Below, piece after piece: positions 37,793 through 48,675 of a stretch of DNA of 64,000 nucleotides (the first letter of the stretch is position 1; every line of letters begins with the position of its first letter). The DNA is from an uncultured delta proteobacterium (lineage in GTDB: Bacteria; Desulfobacterota; Binatia; UBA9968). The position numbers were made by a program, and so were the translations under genes. The DNA is taken from assembly GCA_963727625.1 (NCBI GenBank), contig CAVSHR010000005.1, forward strand, positions 896,001 to 960,000, read 5' to 3'. Below the pieces are notes generated by a model. It ran no database searches and had not been told where the DNA came from. It saw only the letters and a list, made by a program, of their open reading frames with translations.

Positions 37793-39541
37793 ATGAGCAC
37801 CCAAGCCGTTTCGGTGTCAGCGAGACGTTCATTGCGTTTGCCGCTCGACTGGTCGCGCCGGCTCAACGGTCAAACCATCGCCGTCGGTTTGCTTACCCTG
37901 CTGCTGACTTGGCTGATCATGGTCCCGCTGGCGGTGGTGATTTGGGGCGCCTTTCGCGATGGCCAACCTGGCCAGACCGGTCACTACACCCTGACGAAAT
38001 TCGTCGCAGCCTACCAGGACACGCTGCTCCAAACGGTCGGCAACACGATGGTCTTTGCACTAGGCGCGGCTTTCTTGTGTCTGGTGATCGGCACTTTTCT
38101 CGCCTGGATCACCGAGCGCACCGACGCGCCGCTGCGGCCGCTGATTTATGCTGTATCGTTGTTTCCGCTGATCGCTCCGGGTGTCTTGATGGCCAGTGCC
38201 TGGGTCCTGGTGCTCCACCCGAAGATCGGTATCATCAACGTCGCAGCCCAGACTTTGTTCGGCATAGAAGGGCCGGTGTTCAACGGCTATAGCATGGCCG
38301 GTATGATCTGGGCCCAAGCGATCGACCAGATTTCTCTGCCGTTCTTGCTCATGGCCGCGGCATTTCGTTCAATGGACCCGTCGCTGGAGGAGGCCTCCGC
38401 TGTCGCCGGCGCGCGCTTGGGCACCACCATGCGCACGGTAACGCTGCCGCTGCTGCTACCTGCGGTGCTGGCGGTTTTTCTGCTGGTCTTTGTGCGCGCA
38501 ATTGAGAGCTTCGATGTGCCCGCGGTGCTCGGCGTTCCAGCCGGCGTTCCGGTGTTCGCCACCCAGGTGTTTCTCGCGGTCTGGGATGTACCGCAGGATT
38601 ACAACGTCGCTTCGGCTTTCGGCGTCGGGTACCTAGTCATCAGCTTGCTTCTACTCTATCTCTATCACCGCGCGACGCGCATGTCGGAGCGCTACGTGAC
38701 GGTTACCGGGAAAGCGTTTCGGCCCCGCCGTATGCAGCTTAGTCGCTGGCGCTGGCCGCTCAGCCTCTTTAGCCTGCTGCTCTTGGCCGTCGGCGTGGGC
38801 TTGCCGGTCTTCGTCTTCGTCTGGACTTCCTTCCTGCAGTTCTACCAGATTCCATCGCTCTCTCAGCTGCCGCACTTCAGCCTGGACAACTACCGGGCAA
38901 TCTTGGAATTGCCCAACACCGCGCGAAGCATTTACAACACCCTGCTGGTCGGCATCGTGTCGTCGCTGATCATTGTCCTGCTGGCCGCGACCATCTCGTG
39001 GATTGTCATCCGCAGCCGGGTTCAAGGAAGAAAATTTTTGGACTTTCTTTCGTTCTCACCCATCGCGATACCCGGGACGGTCATGGGTCTGGCCCTTTTA
39101 TGGCTCTACTTGGTGGTACCGATTCCGATCTACGCAACCATGTGGATTCTCATCGTCGCCTTCGTCGGCAAGTATATCACCGTGGCCGTGCGCTCGACCC
39201 ACGCCTCATTGCAACAAATAAGCGTCGAGCTCGAAGAAGTGTCGACGGTGAGCGGCGCTTCCTGGGGTCGCACGTTCCGTTCCGTGGTGCTGCCGCTGAT
39301 GGCGCCGGGCCTGGTGGTGGCTTTCATCTACAGCCTGTCATTGACTTTTAAAGTTCTTTCCATGCCGATCCTGCTCGGCAGCGTCGATACCAAGCTGATG
39401 TCGGTAACGATTTACAATCTCTATGAGGACGGCCAGTATCCCATGCTCTCCGCGATGGGCGTCATTCTGTTGCTGCTCGTTCTCACCCTGTCATTCATCG
39501 GTACCTACGTCGGCAAGCGCTTCGGGGTGAAGCAGGACTGA
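37793..39541 (+). CDS. ABC transporter permease (FbpB/ThiP-type, two BPD_transp modules)
   Basis: Multiple TM segments; MDPSLEEAS..GA and ELEEVS..GA EAA loops. Confidence 0.92.
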   Translation: MSTQAVSVSARRSLRLPLDWSRRLNGQTIAVGLLTLLLTWLIMVPLAVVIWGAFRDGQPGQTGHYTLTKFVAAYQDTLLQTVGNTMVFALGAAFLCLVIGTFLAWITERTDAPLRPLIYAVSLFPLIAPGVLMASAWVLVLHPKIGIINVAAQTLFGIEGPVFNGYSMAGMIWAQAIDQISLPFLLMAAAFRSMDPSLEEASAVAGARLGTTMRTVTLPLLLPAVLAVFLLVFVRAIESFDVPAVLGVPAGVPVFATQVFLAVWDVPQDYNVASAFGVGYLVISLLLLYLYHRATRMSERYVTVTGKAFRPRRMQLSRWRWPLSLFSLLLLAVGVGLPVFVFVWTSFLQFYQIPSLSQLPHFSLDNYRAILELPNTARSIYNTLLVGIVSSLIIVLLAATISWIVIRSRVQGRKFLDFLSFSPIAIPGTVMGLALLWLYLVVPIPIYATMWILIVAFVGKYITVAVRSTHASLQQISVELEEVSTVSGASWGRTFRSVVLPLMAPGLVVAFIYSLSLTFKVLSMPILLGSVDTKLMSVTIYNLYEDGQYPMLSAMGVILLLLVLTLSFIGTYVGKRFGVKQD

Positions 39542-39645
39542 AGATATTTATCGCCGACACGGAAAAAAACTACACAAGTTTGAATCCCGGTTCACCACAG
39601 CGTAAAGAGTGCGCAGAGCAAACAAAAGGCTCCGAACTTTTGCCT

Positions 39646-40803
39646 TTAATCTTTACTTTTGACTTGCAACTTCTCTACCGCCCCCTGCACCAGTTCGGCC
39701 TGCCAGCGTAGCAGGCCGCCGCTTTTCATGATCTCATCGACGCTCCTTGCCCGGCTGCGGGTGACGGCCTCGAGCGCGGCGCGCGGCGCCAGAGTCGAAG
39801 CGGCGAGCCCCAACTCCGTGGCGCTGCGCACGCATTCGATGCGCAGCGCGTCGAATTGCGCCCGACAGTCGGCCGGAAGAACCGCGCCATGGTCCGGTAT
39901 CCTTCGTTCCGGCCATTGCGCCGGCGCCATCTGGGCGGCCCGGGCGATCGCCTCTTCGAGGGTTTGCAGCCGTGCGCCGCGAATGTTGCGCGGCAACTTC
40001 GGTCCTTGACGCAGTGGAACGGTCGAGTGAGACTCGGCCCATTGGAGCAGCTCGAACATCTGCTCATCGCCGAAGACTTTGAAGGGCGGTACGTCTGCGG
40101 TACGTGCGTGCTCGTCGCGCCAGCCCCAGAGCTCGCGTAGATAGGCGAGTTGGCGGGGGGTCAACCGGCCAGCCCCCTTGATGCGCCAGGCGTTTTTCGG
40201 GTCGCGCACGCGATCCCGGCCGGACGCCCCGACCATCCCCCGGCAGCTTTCCCTATGCCATTCGATCCGTCCACACCCGCTCAACTCGCCGGCCAGCCGT
40301 TCGGCGAGCGGCTCGAGGAAACGCGTATCATTCACCGCGTAGCTCAGTTGCGCTTCGCTCAGCGGGCGGCGCGACCAGTCGGACTTCTGCCCTGCCTTGC
40401 CGATCGTGATCGCGAAGCAGCGCTCGATGAGCGCCGCCAGGCCGATCTGTTCGATGCCGAGCAATTGCGCCGCAATCATGGTGTCGAAAACTTCACGGCG
40501 CGGCCGAAAGTCCATCGACGTGCGCATCATGCGCAGGTCGTAATCGCCACCGTGGAGAATCAGCGGCTTTTCGGCCAGCGCTTCCAAGAATCCACCCAGG
40601 TCCAACGCGGCAAGCGGGTCGACGAGGTAGTGCTCGCCGCCGAGCGAGAGCTGGATCAAACAGACCTTCTCAAAATAGTTGTGCAGACTGTCGGCCTCGG
40701 TATCCAGCGCGACGATTTCCGCTGCGCCGATGTGATGGATCAGCCGCTCCAGCGCCACGGGTTCCCGAACATAAAAGTATTCAACGGGCTCCGGTGTGTT
40801 CAA
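39646..40803 (-). CDS. rnd: Ribonuclease D (3'-5' exonuclease + HRDC)
   Basis: ALDTEADS, CLIQL, HGGDYD, FDT, SDWSRRPL, YAVND; WRD..AR..DVPP. Confidence 0.9.
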   Translation of the reverse strand: MNTPEPVEYFYVREPVALERLIHHIGAAEIVALDTEADSLHNYFEKVCLIQLSLGGEHYLVDPLAALDLGGFLEALAEKPLILHGGDYDLRMMRTSMDFRPRREVFDTMIAAQLLGIEQIGLAALIERCFAITIGKAGQKSDWSRRPLSEAQLSYAVNDTRFLEPLAERLAGELSGCGRIEWHRESCRGMVGASGRDRVRDPKNAWRIKGAGRLTPRQLAYLRELWGWRDEHARTADVPPFKVFGDEQMFELLQWAESHSTVPLRQGPKLPRNIRGARLQTLEEAIARAAQMAPAQWPERRIPDHGAVLPADCRAQFDALRIECVRSATELGLAASTLAPRAALEAVTRSRARSVDEIMKSGGLLRWQAELVQGAVEKLQVKSKD

Positions 40804-40994
40804 GGATTACTCCTCATACCTGCCTTGTTAGTTTGAACCCGCGATTGCCAAGTTCCAAGAGCTGACGAGGAAACAAAGGAACTCCGGAGGGTTATATCGA
40901 CCGGCCCGGCGACAATGCTCGCTATCGACGCAAACTCGCTTCAGCGCTACTTTGAACCATTGAAGCGGGGTGCTAGCCGCGGCGTGGTGGCAAG

Positions 40995-41036
40995 TTGGAC
41001 GATTTGAACGAAGCGAAGCGATGGAACGATCGGAAC
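40995..41036. repeat. Degenerate TTGAAC/GGAAC-based intergenic repeat
   Basis: ttggacgatttgaacgaagcgaagcgatggaacgatcggaac; related copies at 43399-43440 and 43481-43530. Confidence 0.6.
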
Positions 41037-41484
41037 TGCTGGACCTTCGGAACGGGCTTCGTTCTATCCGAGCAGAGCCATTGACAATCTGAAACCCTCG
41101 ATAGAGACAGTCTTCCGGCGAGATGACTGCCGTGTGGCACAAAGTCTCTCCCGTCTGTCACAGTCTTTAGAAAGGTGGCAAGAGCACGGCGAGCGCGCAG
41201 CTGGAACTTTTGAAACTCGCTTCGGAATGGAAAACCACGCCCGTGTAGCTTCTGGCTCTAGGACGGTCCCGATTCTGCTCGTCGTACCGCACCTTCGTAT
41301 CTATCCCGCGTAGGTAAAAATAACCGGCAACAGGGAGTTTCTACTTTTCCGGGGGAGCGTCTGTTTATGCAAACTTCACCACGAAATATCTCAGGATGGT
41401 TCCTTCTGGAAAGAAAGTGCCAAAAGTACGGCTTTTGGCGAACTGGCATCCTTTGTGCTCTCACTACCCTATATGAGGAACACC

Positions 41485-41862
41485 GTGAAGAAAATATTGA
41501 TCGTCGACAGCAACGACAGCTTCCGAGAATCGCTCCGTAATTTTATCCAAAGTTTAGGCCACGAAGTCTTCGAAGCGATCACCGGTCCACTCGCCATCGA
41601 CATGGCTTCCAGCGTCCATCCTGATCTCATCATGATGGACGTGCGCTTGCCTGGCATGAATGGAGATGAGGTGACGGCACGATTAAAGAGAAATACCTCC
41701 ACCCGAAACATACCCGTGGTCATCAATACCGGATGGACCACCGCCTGCAACGTGGAAGAGCGCATCAGCCGCGCGCTCAATGCAGGGGCCGCCGAGGTTT
41801 TGTATAAGCCCTTTCAATTCCCGATGCTGCGCGATGTCCTGCGTAACTATTTGTTGGCCTAG
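41485..41862 (+). CDS. Single-domain response regulator (CheY-like)
   Basis: KILIVD, PDLIMMDVRLPGMNG, TG, YKPF. Confidence 0.9.
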   Translation: MKKILIVDSNDSFRESLRNFIQSLGHEVFEAITGPLAIDMASSVHPDLIMMDVRLPGMNGDEVTARLKRNTSTRNIPVVINTGWTTACNVEERISRALNAGAAEVLYKPFQFPMLRDVLRNYLLA

Positions 41863-42032
41863 AGCGACACAGCAATCGATCAGCCAACGTTAAGCATCGG
41901 GGGCCCAAGGGTTCTTTCTTCGACGGGGGTTCCGCTTGCTCCGCGCCATGGCAAACCCGGGCCGCTGACAAATCGGCGGCGTAACGCGCTCGGTTATTTC
42001 CGCCAGCGCGCTGGTTCAGACCAATTTGGAAA

Positions 42033-42057
42033 TAGGGGCAACCCGACCTGTTGCCCT
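42033..42057. repeat. REP-like palindrome, possibly a terminator
   Basis: TAGGGGCAAC-CCGACCT-GTTGCCCT between convergent genes. Confidence 0.5.
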
Positions 42058-42086
42058 TTCTTCCGCTTACTTAGCTGACAAGAAAC

Positions 42087-42398
42087 CTACCAGCGATTGC
42101 GCCCGCCGCTACGGTTACCGCGTCCGCCGCCGGCGTCGTTATCGCGCCGCGCCATCGGCTTGGCCTCGTTAACTGTCAGAGTGCGGCCATCGAGTTCCGT
42201 GCCGTTGAGCCCCGAGATAGCGGCTTGGGCCTCGCTGCCAGAGCTCATCTCGACAAAGCCGAAGCCGCGAGATTGACCCGTGAACTTGTCGGCGATGACG
42301 TTGGCTGATTCGACCGTACCATGCGCCGAAAAAATTTCTTTTAAACGCCCTTCCGTTACGGAATAGGGCAAACCACCGACATACAATTTAGTACCCAT
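42087..42398 (-). CDS. RRM-domain RNA-binding protein
   Basis: KLYVGGL (RNP2), SRGFGFVEM (RNP1), LTVNEAKP, Gly-rich tail. Confidence 0.95.
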   Translation of the reverse strand: MGTKLYVGGLPYSVTEGRLKEIFSAHGTVESANVIADKFTGQSRGFGFVEMSSGSEAQAAISGLNGTELDGRTLTVNEAKPMARRDNDAGGGRGNRSGGRNRW

Positions 42399-42882
42399 GT
42401 TCTCCTCCTATGAGAGACTGTTATAGTCTTTGACCCTGAGAATCTGCCTGCAAATGGGCTAGAACATGGGCTAAATACAAAAACCACGCTCTGGTCGGCT
42501 TGTCATTTAGAGATCGCTTCGCAAGGAGAGAGACTGACAAGAGGCCTTCGAATTACTTATTTTCCTCAGAAGGCCGGAGACTGAAGAAGATGAAGCACCC
42601 TACGTGTTATCCAGGGCGCTGTCAACCTCGATCCGATGGGTATCGCGGGGTGTACGAATCATTTCGCCCACCGTTAAACGGGAGCTCGAATATGAGGCCG
42701 ATTGCGAGCCGGGCGGAGGCCTTCCGATCGTATCGAAGCCACCAAGCCGCCGCGCAAAGACGCCGCAAGTTGCGGGGGTCCAACGGCGACAACGCACCTC
42801 CCGTATAACGATCAGGCCGCTACCCCGCTGGTCGAAGTTTTTCCAGAACTGTCTTTGACAAACGAGTCTGCGCTTTGGCGGG

Positions 42883-43077
42883 TTAGGGTTTAGGAACAGC
42901 CCACCGGACTTTATTTTCCGCGATTTCCCGAAGCGCGACGACAATATCCCGGTTATCGGATTCAACGCATGGCTTGGCTCCTTTTAGAAGCTGGCGCGCG
43001 CGAATAGATGCGAGCATGACGAGCTCAAACCGACTCGAAACTTTATCTAAACAATCTTCAACGGTTATTCTTGCCAT
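42883..43077 (-). CDS. rpoZ: RNA polymerase omega subunit, paralogue 1
   Basis: [26 protein letters not shown]...VVALREIA. Confidence 0.9.
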   Translation of the reverse strand: MARITVEDCLDKVSSRFELVMLASIRARQLLKGAKPCVESDNRDIVVALREIAENKVRWAVPKP

Positions 43078-43398
43078 ATTCGAACACTCTAGGCTTCGGG
43101 ATCGTTGAACACAAGAAGAATTACTGCTGTTTTACAGTTTGCCCTATCGCGCCCGCCGCGACTCTACATTATCCTCAGCGATACTAAGGAGTTAGTCTAA
43201 ACTATCCGTCGGACAGGCGATTTATTTATTTCGCACCCGCGCCAACCGCGCGGGAAATTTTCAAACGAGCTGAGATATTTACCGCTCCGCGTCCAGAGCC
43301 TCCGCGGTGAATTCGCCGATGATTTATCGGACGTTTCGATGTTCCGATAATTCCCGAAACTCCGAACTCGGCTCAGAGTTGTAGTTGTCTTTAACCTC

Positions 43399-43530
43399 TT
43401 GAATGGAGCAAAGCGGTTGACCGACGGGAACGATTTGAACAAGCTCAAGTCTTATCTCGAACTCTTGAACGAACTCCGGCTTTGAAGCACTTGAACGGAG
43501 CGAAACGATGGAACTTTTGGAACGACTGGG
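43399..43530. repeat. Degenerate TTGAACGGAGCGAAxCGxTGGAAC repeats between the rpoZ copies
   Basis: Two units resembling 40995-41036. Confidence 0.6.
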
Positions 43531-43677
43531 ATGAGCCGCGGTGTTATGGGCGCGCAGCGCTGACCTATCAGGCGAGGACGATCCGGGCATGAAGGGCGGA
43601 CTCCGGACCTTTTCCGTACTTGCTCCATAAAGGCTTTTGAAAACTATGGAGAAAAGCGAGCCTGTCGCTTCGACGCG

Positions 43678-43872
43678 TCAGGTTTGAGGAATTGCCCAGC
43701 GCACTTTCCCCGCAGCGATCTCGCGAAGAGCAATAACGATATCTCGGTTTTCCGATACGATAAGCGGCTTGGCACCTTTTAAGAGCTGCTTAGCTCGTAT
43801 CGACGCGAGCAATACGAGATCAAAACGACTGGGAATTTTCTCCAAACAATCTTCAACCGTTACTCTTGCCAT
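43678..43872 (-). CDS. rpoZ: RNA polymerase omega subunit, paralogue 2
   Basis: [30 protein letters not shown]...VIALREIA. Confidence 0.9.
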   Translation of the reverse strand: MARVTVEDCLEKIPSRFDLVLLASIRAKQLLKGAKPLIVSENRDIVIALREIAAGKVRWAIPQT

Positions 43873-44122
43873 ACTTATCAGTGTAGGCCTCGTGATCATG
43901 GAACACAAGGATCATTTATGCGGTATTGCAGTTTGCCCCGCCTCGCCCGCCGCCAGTCTCCCTAATCGTCAGCGATGCCATGGAGTTAGTTAAAACAGCG
44001 TGCCGCCCGGGAGATGGAACAGCGTCTCAAGCCGCTGCGCTGACATGCCGCGGCCGGCCCAGCGCAATCCATAGGCGAGTCATCTAGAAATCTTTTGCGC
44101 GGGGAATCATCCTCACTATCGC

Positions 44123-44803
44123 TCAAACCTTGCTGATTGGCCGGGACAGATTGTAATCGAGTAATTCTCCGATTCTGTGAATGGTTAAGTCTGCGGCTGG
44201 ATGGGCCGCTTGCAGCGCCGGATCTTTCGCGTAATGCCCTTGCAGCGGTTGCACCGTGGTGACCCGATCACCCCAGATCTTCTTCACCGCGGCCAGAATC
44301 CGCAGCTTGTCGTCGATCAACATATAATGGTCGGCCGGATAGCGCTGTTCGATATCCTCAAGCTCCTGCTCTTTGTGAACGTAAATAAGCACGTTGCCGT
44401 CAACCGCATCGAATAAACCGGAACGCTCGACCTTGCGCGGCTGAAAGACCACGTCGCCGTCGGTCAAGATGGCGGTCGATCCCCATTGCTTCGCATGCTC
44501 GACGACGTCGAGGGAATTGGGAAATAGCCGGTTGGCAAAAGGGTAGTTCACCAGGAACGACGATACGACTAAAAGACGCAGATCACGCGGATATTTCATC
44601 CGATAGCGCTGCAATGCGCCCAAGTAGTCGGCGTAGCCAAGCTCGCCTCGCAATTGCTCGAAGATTGTCCAGTAACCGCTCGCGCGCTCCTGCCCGACGG
44701 CGCGCTCAAGATGGCGCATCAGATCGGCAATCACGCGGTCGTTGTCGAGCAGCGTGTTGTCCACGTCAAAAAGAAACACGGTCGGCGTTGCAGTCATGGA
44801 CAC
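44123..44803 (-). CDS. HAD-superfamily hydrolase
   Basis: FDVDNTL, LTDGD..FQP.K, IDDK. Confidence 0.88.
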   Translation of the reverse strand: MSMTATPTVFLFDVDNTLLDNDRVIADLMRHLERAVGQERASGYWTIFEQLRGELGYADYLGALQRYRMKYPRDLRLLVVSSFLVNYPFANRLFPNSLDVVEHAKQWGSTAILTDGDVVFQPRKVERSGLFDAVDGNVLIYVHKEQELEDIEQRYPADHYMLIDDKLRILAAVKKIWGDRVTTVQPLQGHYAKDPALQAAHPAADLTIHRIGELLDYNLSRPISKV

Positions 44804-46183
44804 GGCTCCACCTCTATGTCATTGAACCAACCGCCGATATCGGCAGCGATGGCGTCAGCTTCTTTTGGCCCCCAGCTGCCGTACTCGTACTCATGTACCG
44901 GAACAATGTCGTCGAGTACCGGCTCAATGACGCGCCAAGCCGCATCGACGGCATCTTCACGGTTAAATAGCGCCGCATCGCCACGCAGGGCGTCGCCCAA
45001 CAACCGTTCGTAGGGCAAGATCGGGTCGCCGGGATGCTCGTGCGCAATGAGCTCGACCGGTTGTCCAGCGAATGCTTCGCCGCTCGCCTTGACGCGCGCC
45101 CCAAGCGCTATGAGAAAATCCGGCGTCAAGCGAAAGCTATAGTAGTTGTCCTGCGCCGCGACCACTTCGCCGAAGACCGAATGAGGCGGGGGCTTGAGCG
45201 TAACCAGAACCTCGGTGGCCGTCACCGGCATACCCTTGCCGGCGCGGATGCAGAATGGCACTCCCGCCCAGCGCCAGTTATCGATAAAGAATCGCAACGC
45301 GGCGAAAGTTTCCACCTGGGAGCGGGGCGATACGCCCGGCTCGTTTCGATAGCCCTTGAACTGCCCGCGCACGACCGCGTTGCGATCGAGCGGCCGGATC
45401 GCCCGCATGACGCGAATTTTCTCGTCGCGCACGCACACCGTATCGCTTGCCGCCGGCGGGTCCATGGCGAGCAGCACCATCACTTGCAAGAGGTGGTTTT
45501 GCACGACGTCGCGAATCGCCCCCACCTCGTCATAGAACTTTCCCCGCCCTTGCACGCCAAAACTCTCGGCCATGGTAATCTGCACGCTTTGAATATGCTC
45601 GTGATTCCAAATCGGTTCCAGAAAAGAGTTGGCGAAACGAAAGTAAAGCAAATTCTGCACGGTTTCTTTGCCGAGGTAGTGATCGATACGGAAGATCGCC
45701 GCTTCAGGAAAATACTCGTGCAGGGTGGCGTCGAGCGCCCGGGCCGACGCCAGGTCCCGGCCGAATGGCTTTTCGACAACCACGCGCGCACCATCGTTGC
45801 CACTGACCTTCGCCAAGTTGGCCGCGACGATACCGAACATGCTGGGCGGAATGGCGAGATAATGCAGCGGCCGCTGGGCGTTGCCCAGCGCCTGGCGCAA
45901 CGCCTGGTAAGTCGAGCTCTCGCGGTAGTCGCCGTCGACGTATTTAAGCTGCCTCGAGAGCTTTTCCCAGGCGGCTTCATCGATGCCGCCGTGGTGGCGC
46001 AGACTATCGCGGGCACGCTCGCGCAGTTGTTCGAGGTTCCATCCGGACTTCGCAACGCCAATAATCGGCAAATCGAGCTGGCTCGCCTTTTACCAAAGCT
46101 TGTAGCGCCGGGAAGATCTGCTTGTAAGCGAGATCGCCCGTGGCGCCGAAAAAAACCAACGCGTCTGAATGGGTTTCGTTCAT
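44794..46183 (-). pseudogene. zwf: Glucose-6-phosphate 1-dehydrogenase with one +1 frameshift near the 5' end (possible sequencing error)
   Basis: MNETHSDALVFFGATGDLA in one frame; VEKPFG, RIDHYLGKE, RDVVQNH in another; the extra base lies in the T run 46088-46091. Confidence 0.9.
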
Positions 46184-46276
46184 ACCGTCATCTCAAATTC
46201 GCCTTCGCCTGAAATGCAGGTGAACGTCAAGCCGTATCTTGTAATTCGATTCATGACGTTTCGTGGCAAGTCTCTC

Positions 46277-47989
46277 CTAGCGCTGCCCCAAGATCACCAT
46301 GCTATGGGCCGCAAGCGGGATTCTGACGGTACTGCGGCCAGCGCGCGCTTCGACGTTCAGTTGCACCTTCGGGTCGAGTAAATTTGTCAGCGTGACCCCG
46401 GCCGGACTGAGACTCGCGTCGACCGTCACGTAATCGCGGCGCGGCGCGGCGTCGAGATTGAGCGCGATCAGAACTTCGCTGTCGTCGAGAATGCGCGAAT
46501 ACGCCAGCGTGCATTTGCCGTCGATCGGATAACCGAAGTCCAGCCCGTTGCCGGAAATCTCCCGAAAATATTGTCGGCCGTAGCGCAGCGCGGGTTCGTT
46601 TCGGCGAATCGCCGCAGTCCGCGCGACGCTTTTATAAATCGGATTTGACGGCCTGAAGAAGTGTCGTCCGGTGCTGTCAAACGCGCCCCACCGGCCGCCG
46701 AACATGCACTCGCGCACGTAACTGTCGTCTTCACCGCCGCCATCGAAACCTTGCTCGGTGCCGTAATAAATACAGGGCACACCATGGCTGGTCAGCAGAT
46801 AACCCATCGCCAGCATCGCTTGCTCTGGAAACGGATTGCCGTGCATGAATCGGCGGTAAGGCCGTGACATCTGGTCATGGTTGTCGACAAAGGTTACGAA
46901 ATATTGGCCGGCCTCACCGTGGTCGGCGTACCGAGTTTTAAATCTTTCGTAGCGTTCGCGCAGCTCGGCCGGATTTAAAAAACCCTTGATGGTTTCCTCG
47001 AGGAGAAAATAGAGCGGAAAATCCAGCGCCGCGTCGAGCGAAGGGAAGCGCTCGTTGGTGCCTTCGATGCGGCTGTTGCGACCAAGATAGCGCTGCAGGG
47101 TTTCGTCGTCGGCGACAATCTCGCCGAAAAGAAAAAAATTATGCTTGCCAATCCGCCGAGCATATTCGCGGATGGCATTGCAAAAAATCGCCGTCGCGCT
47201 GGACTCCATATGCTTCACCGTATCGAGGCGAAAGCCGTCGATGTCGGCGACCGCGATCCAATGTTTGTAGGCCTTGATCAGCGCATCCAAGACATCGGCG
47301 CGCCGGATATCGAGCTCTTTCAAGCTCAAGAAATCGCCGTCGATCGCCTCCTGGGGATCATTCCAGTTGCGAATCTGGCCGCGCCGCTTGTAGCACTCCG
47401 GACGCTGCAGCTCTTCAGGCCAGACCGCATCGTCGAGTTGCAAGCCCGGCGTCGGATCGTTCTCGCGCCAGAAGCCGAATTCAAAGGCGCCGGCTTGCTT
47501 TGAATAGTAGTACGGAAAATCGCCGGGATAGGCCCAGTTGTCGCCGGTATGATTTAATATGATATCGAGGATCACGTACATGCCGCGGGCGTGGGCGTCG
47601 CGCACGAGATTTTGCAGATCTTCGCGGCTGCCGAAGCGCGGGTCGACTTCAAGAAAATTCTGAATGCCATAGCCGTGGTAGCTGTCGGCTTTCTCGGCAC
47701 GGTTCTGCAACACCGGGCTGAGCCATAGGGCGCTGGCTCCCAGCCCTTTGATGTAATTCAAACGACGACGGATGCCCTTGAGGTTGCCACCTTGAAAAAT
47801 CTTTCCCTGGTCGGGGTCTCTGCCCTTCGGCGCCGCCGCCGTGTAGGGTCGCAACCTCTTCTGATTGTTATCGAAGCGGTCGACCAAAAGAAAGTAAATA
47901 AATTCGTCGCGCCAATCGGCAGGAGAGGGAAAGACTTCATGCTGCGGGGTAAAATCTAACTGGCGCGCGGATCGAAGAGTTTCGGCCAT
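46277..47989 (-). CDS. GH13 alpha-amylase family glycosidase
   Basis: IYFLLVDRF, GGNLKGI, YHGY, DIILNH, DGFRLDTVKH, FGE, FVDNHD, IYYGTEQG. Confidence 0.92.
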   Translation of the reverse strand: MAETLRSARQLDFTPQHEVFPSPADWRDEFIYFLLVDRFDNNQKRLRPYTAAAPKGRDPDQGKIFQGGNLKGIRRRLNYIKGLGASALWLSPVLQNRAEKADSYHGYGIQNFLEVDPRFGSREDLQNLVRDAHARGMYVILDIILNHTGDNWAYPGDFPYYYSKQAGAFEFGFWRENDPTPGLQLDDAVWPEELQRPECYKRRGQIRNWNDPQEAIDGDFLSLKELDIRRADVLDALIKAYKHWIAVADIDGFRLDTVKHMESSATAIFCNAIREYARRIGKHNFFLFGEIVADDETLQRYLGRNSRIEGTNERFPSLDAALDFPLYFLLEETIKGFLNPAELRERYERFKTRYADHGEAGQYFVTFVDNHDQMSRPYRRFMHGNPFPEQAMLAMGYLLTSHGVPCIYYGTEQGFDGGGEDDSYVRECMFGGRWGAFDSTGRHFFRPSNPIYKSVARTAAIRRNEPALRYGRQYFREISGNGLDFGYPIDGKCTLAYSRILDDSEVLIALNLDAAPRRDYVTVDASLSPAGVTLTNLLDPKVQLNVEARAGRSTVRIPLAAHSMVILGQR

Positions 47990-48675
47990 CGGCTTCTCCT
48001 GAGCATCCTTTTTTATCCTACAACGTTGCATTCGCGAAACAAGCGCGTCACCGAAGGTTAGCGAAGCCGATCAATCAAGGCGTGCTTAGTCCTGACCCAT
48101 GACCGGCAGGCCTCAACAACAAAGGAGGCATGCTATTGACCGAGATTGCTCCGGTAAAAATTTCTGAGAGGGGGCTTGACTAAAAATTTCTAAAGGCGGA
48201 TACGGAGCTTAGTCGAAGATTAGCGTCGGATTCTTCACGGTGACGACAACACTGACGACGACCCGGGGAATTATCGATGAGATCAAAGCAGTCCGCCCGC
48301 GCACTGTTGTTCTCTAACAAGGGAATCTCCTGCGCGCCGTTTCTCAACTCTTCACCGATTCCTGCCGCTCACGCGCAAAGCAAGTTCCATGGGCAGCGGT
48401 GCTGGGAGCAAACTCACAAAGCTGTCAAAAGAGACCGCCGCCTCGTCTGGCCCGATCCCCAAGCTGACTTGCCGATCACCTTTAAGGTTCTAAAAGAGCA
48501 GCCCCTCGCATCATCATTGAGCATTCCAACGTCCGCAGCGGCGAGGCAAATCCTGGAGCTCGCGAGGTGTTGAGCCAGAACAAGGAGTGTAGGGAAGAGC
48601 GATGATGAAGGAAAACTTTTTTTGAAGAAGCTTTTCGGCAGCTAAAGTGTAGCTTTTTGATTCGAGTAAAAGACC

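Noticed and set aside
43078-43196. c-di-GMP-I riboswitch upstream of rpoZ (GGGCAAAC on the minus strand)
   Set aside because: The GNRA hairpin and the GACGCAAAGC segment of the consensus are missing
40995-43530. CRISPR array
   Set aside because: Repeats are degenerate and irregularly spaced, there are no unique spacers of constant length, and no cas genes are present
48150-48675. Riboswitch or sORF in the long leader of the second ABC operon
   Set aside because: Only a 10-bp direct repeat (AAAAATTTCT) around TTGACT was seen; no recognisable aptamer or credible ORF
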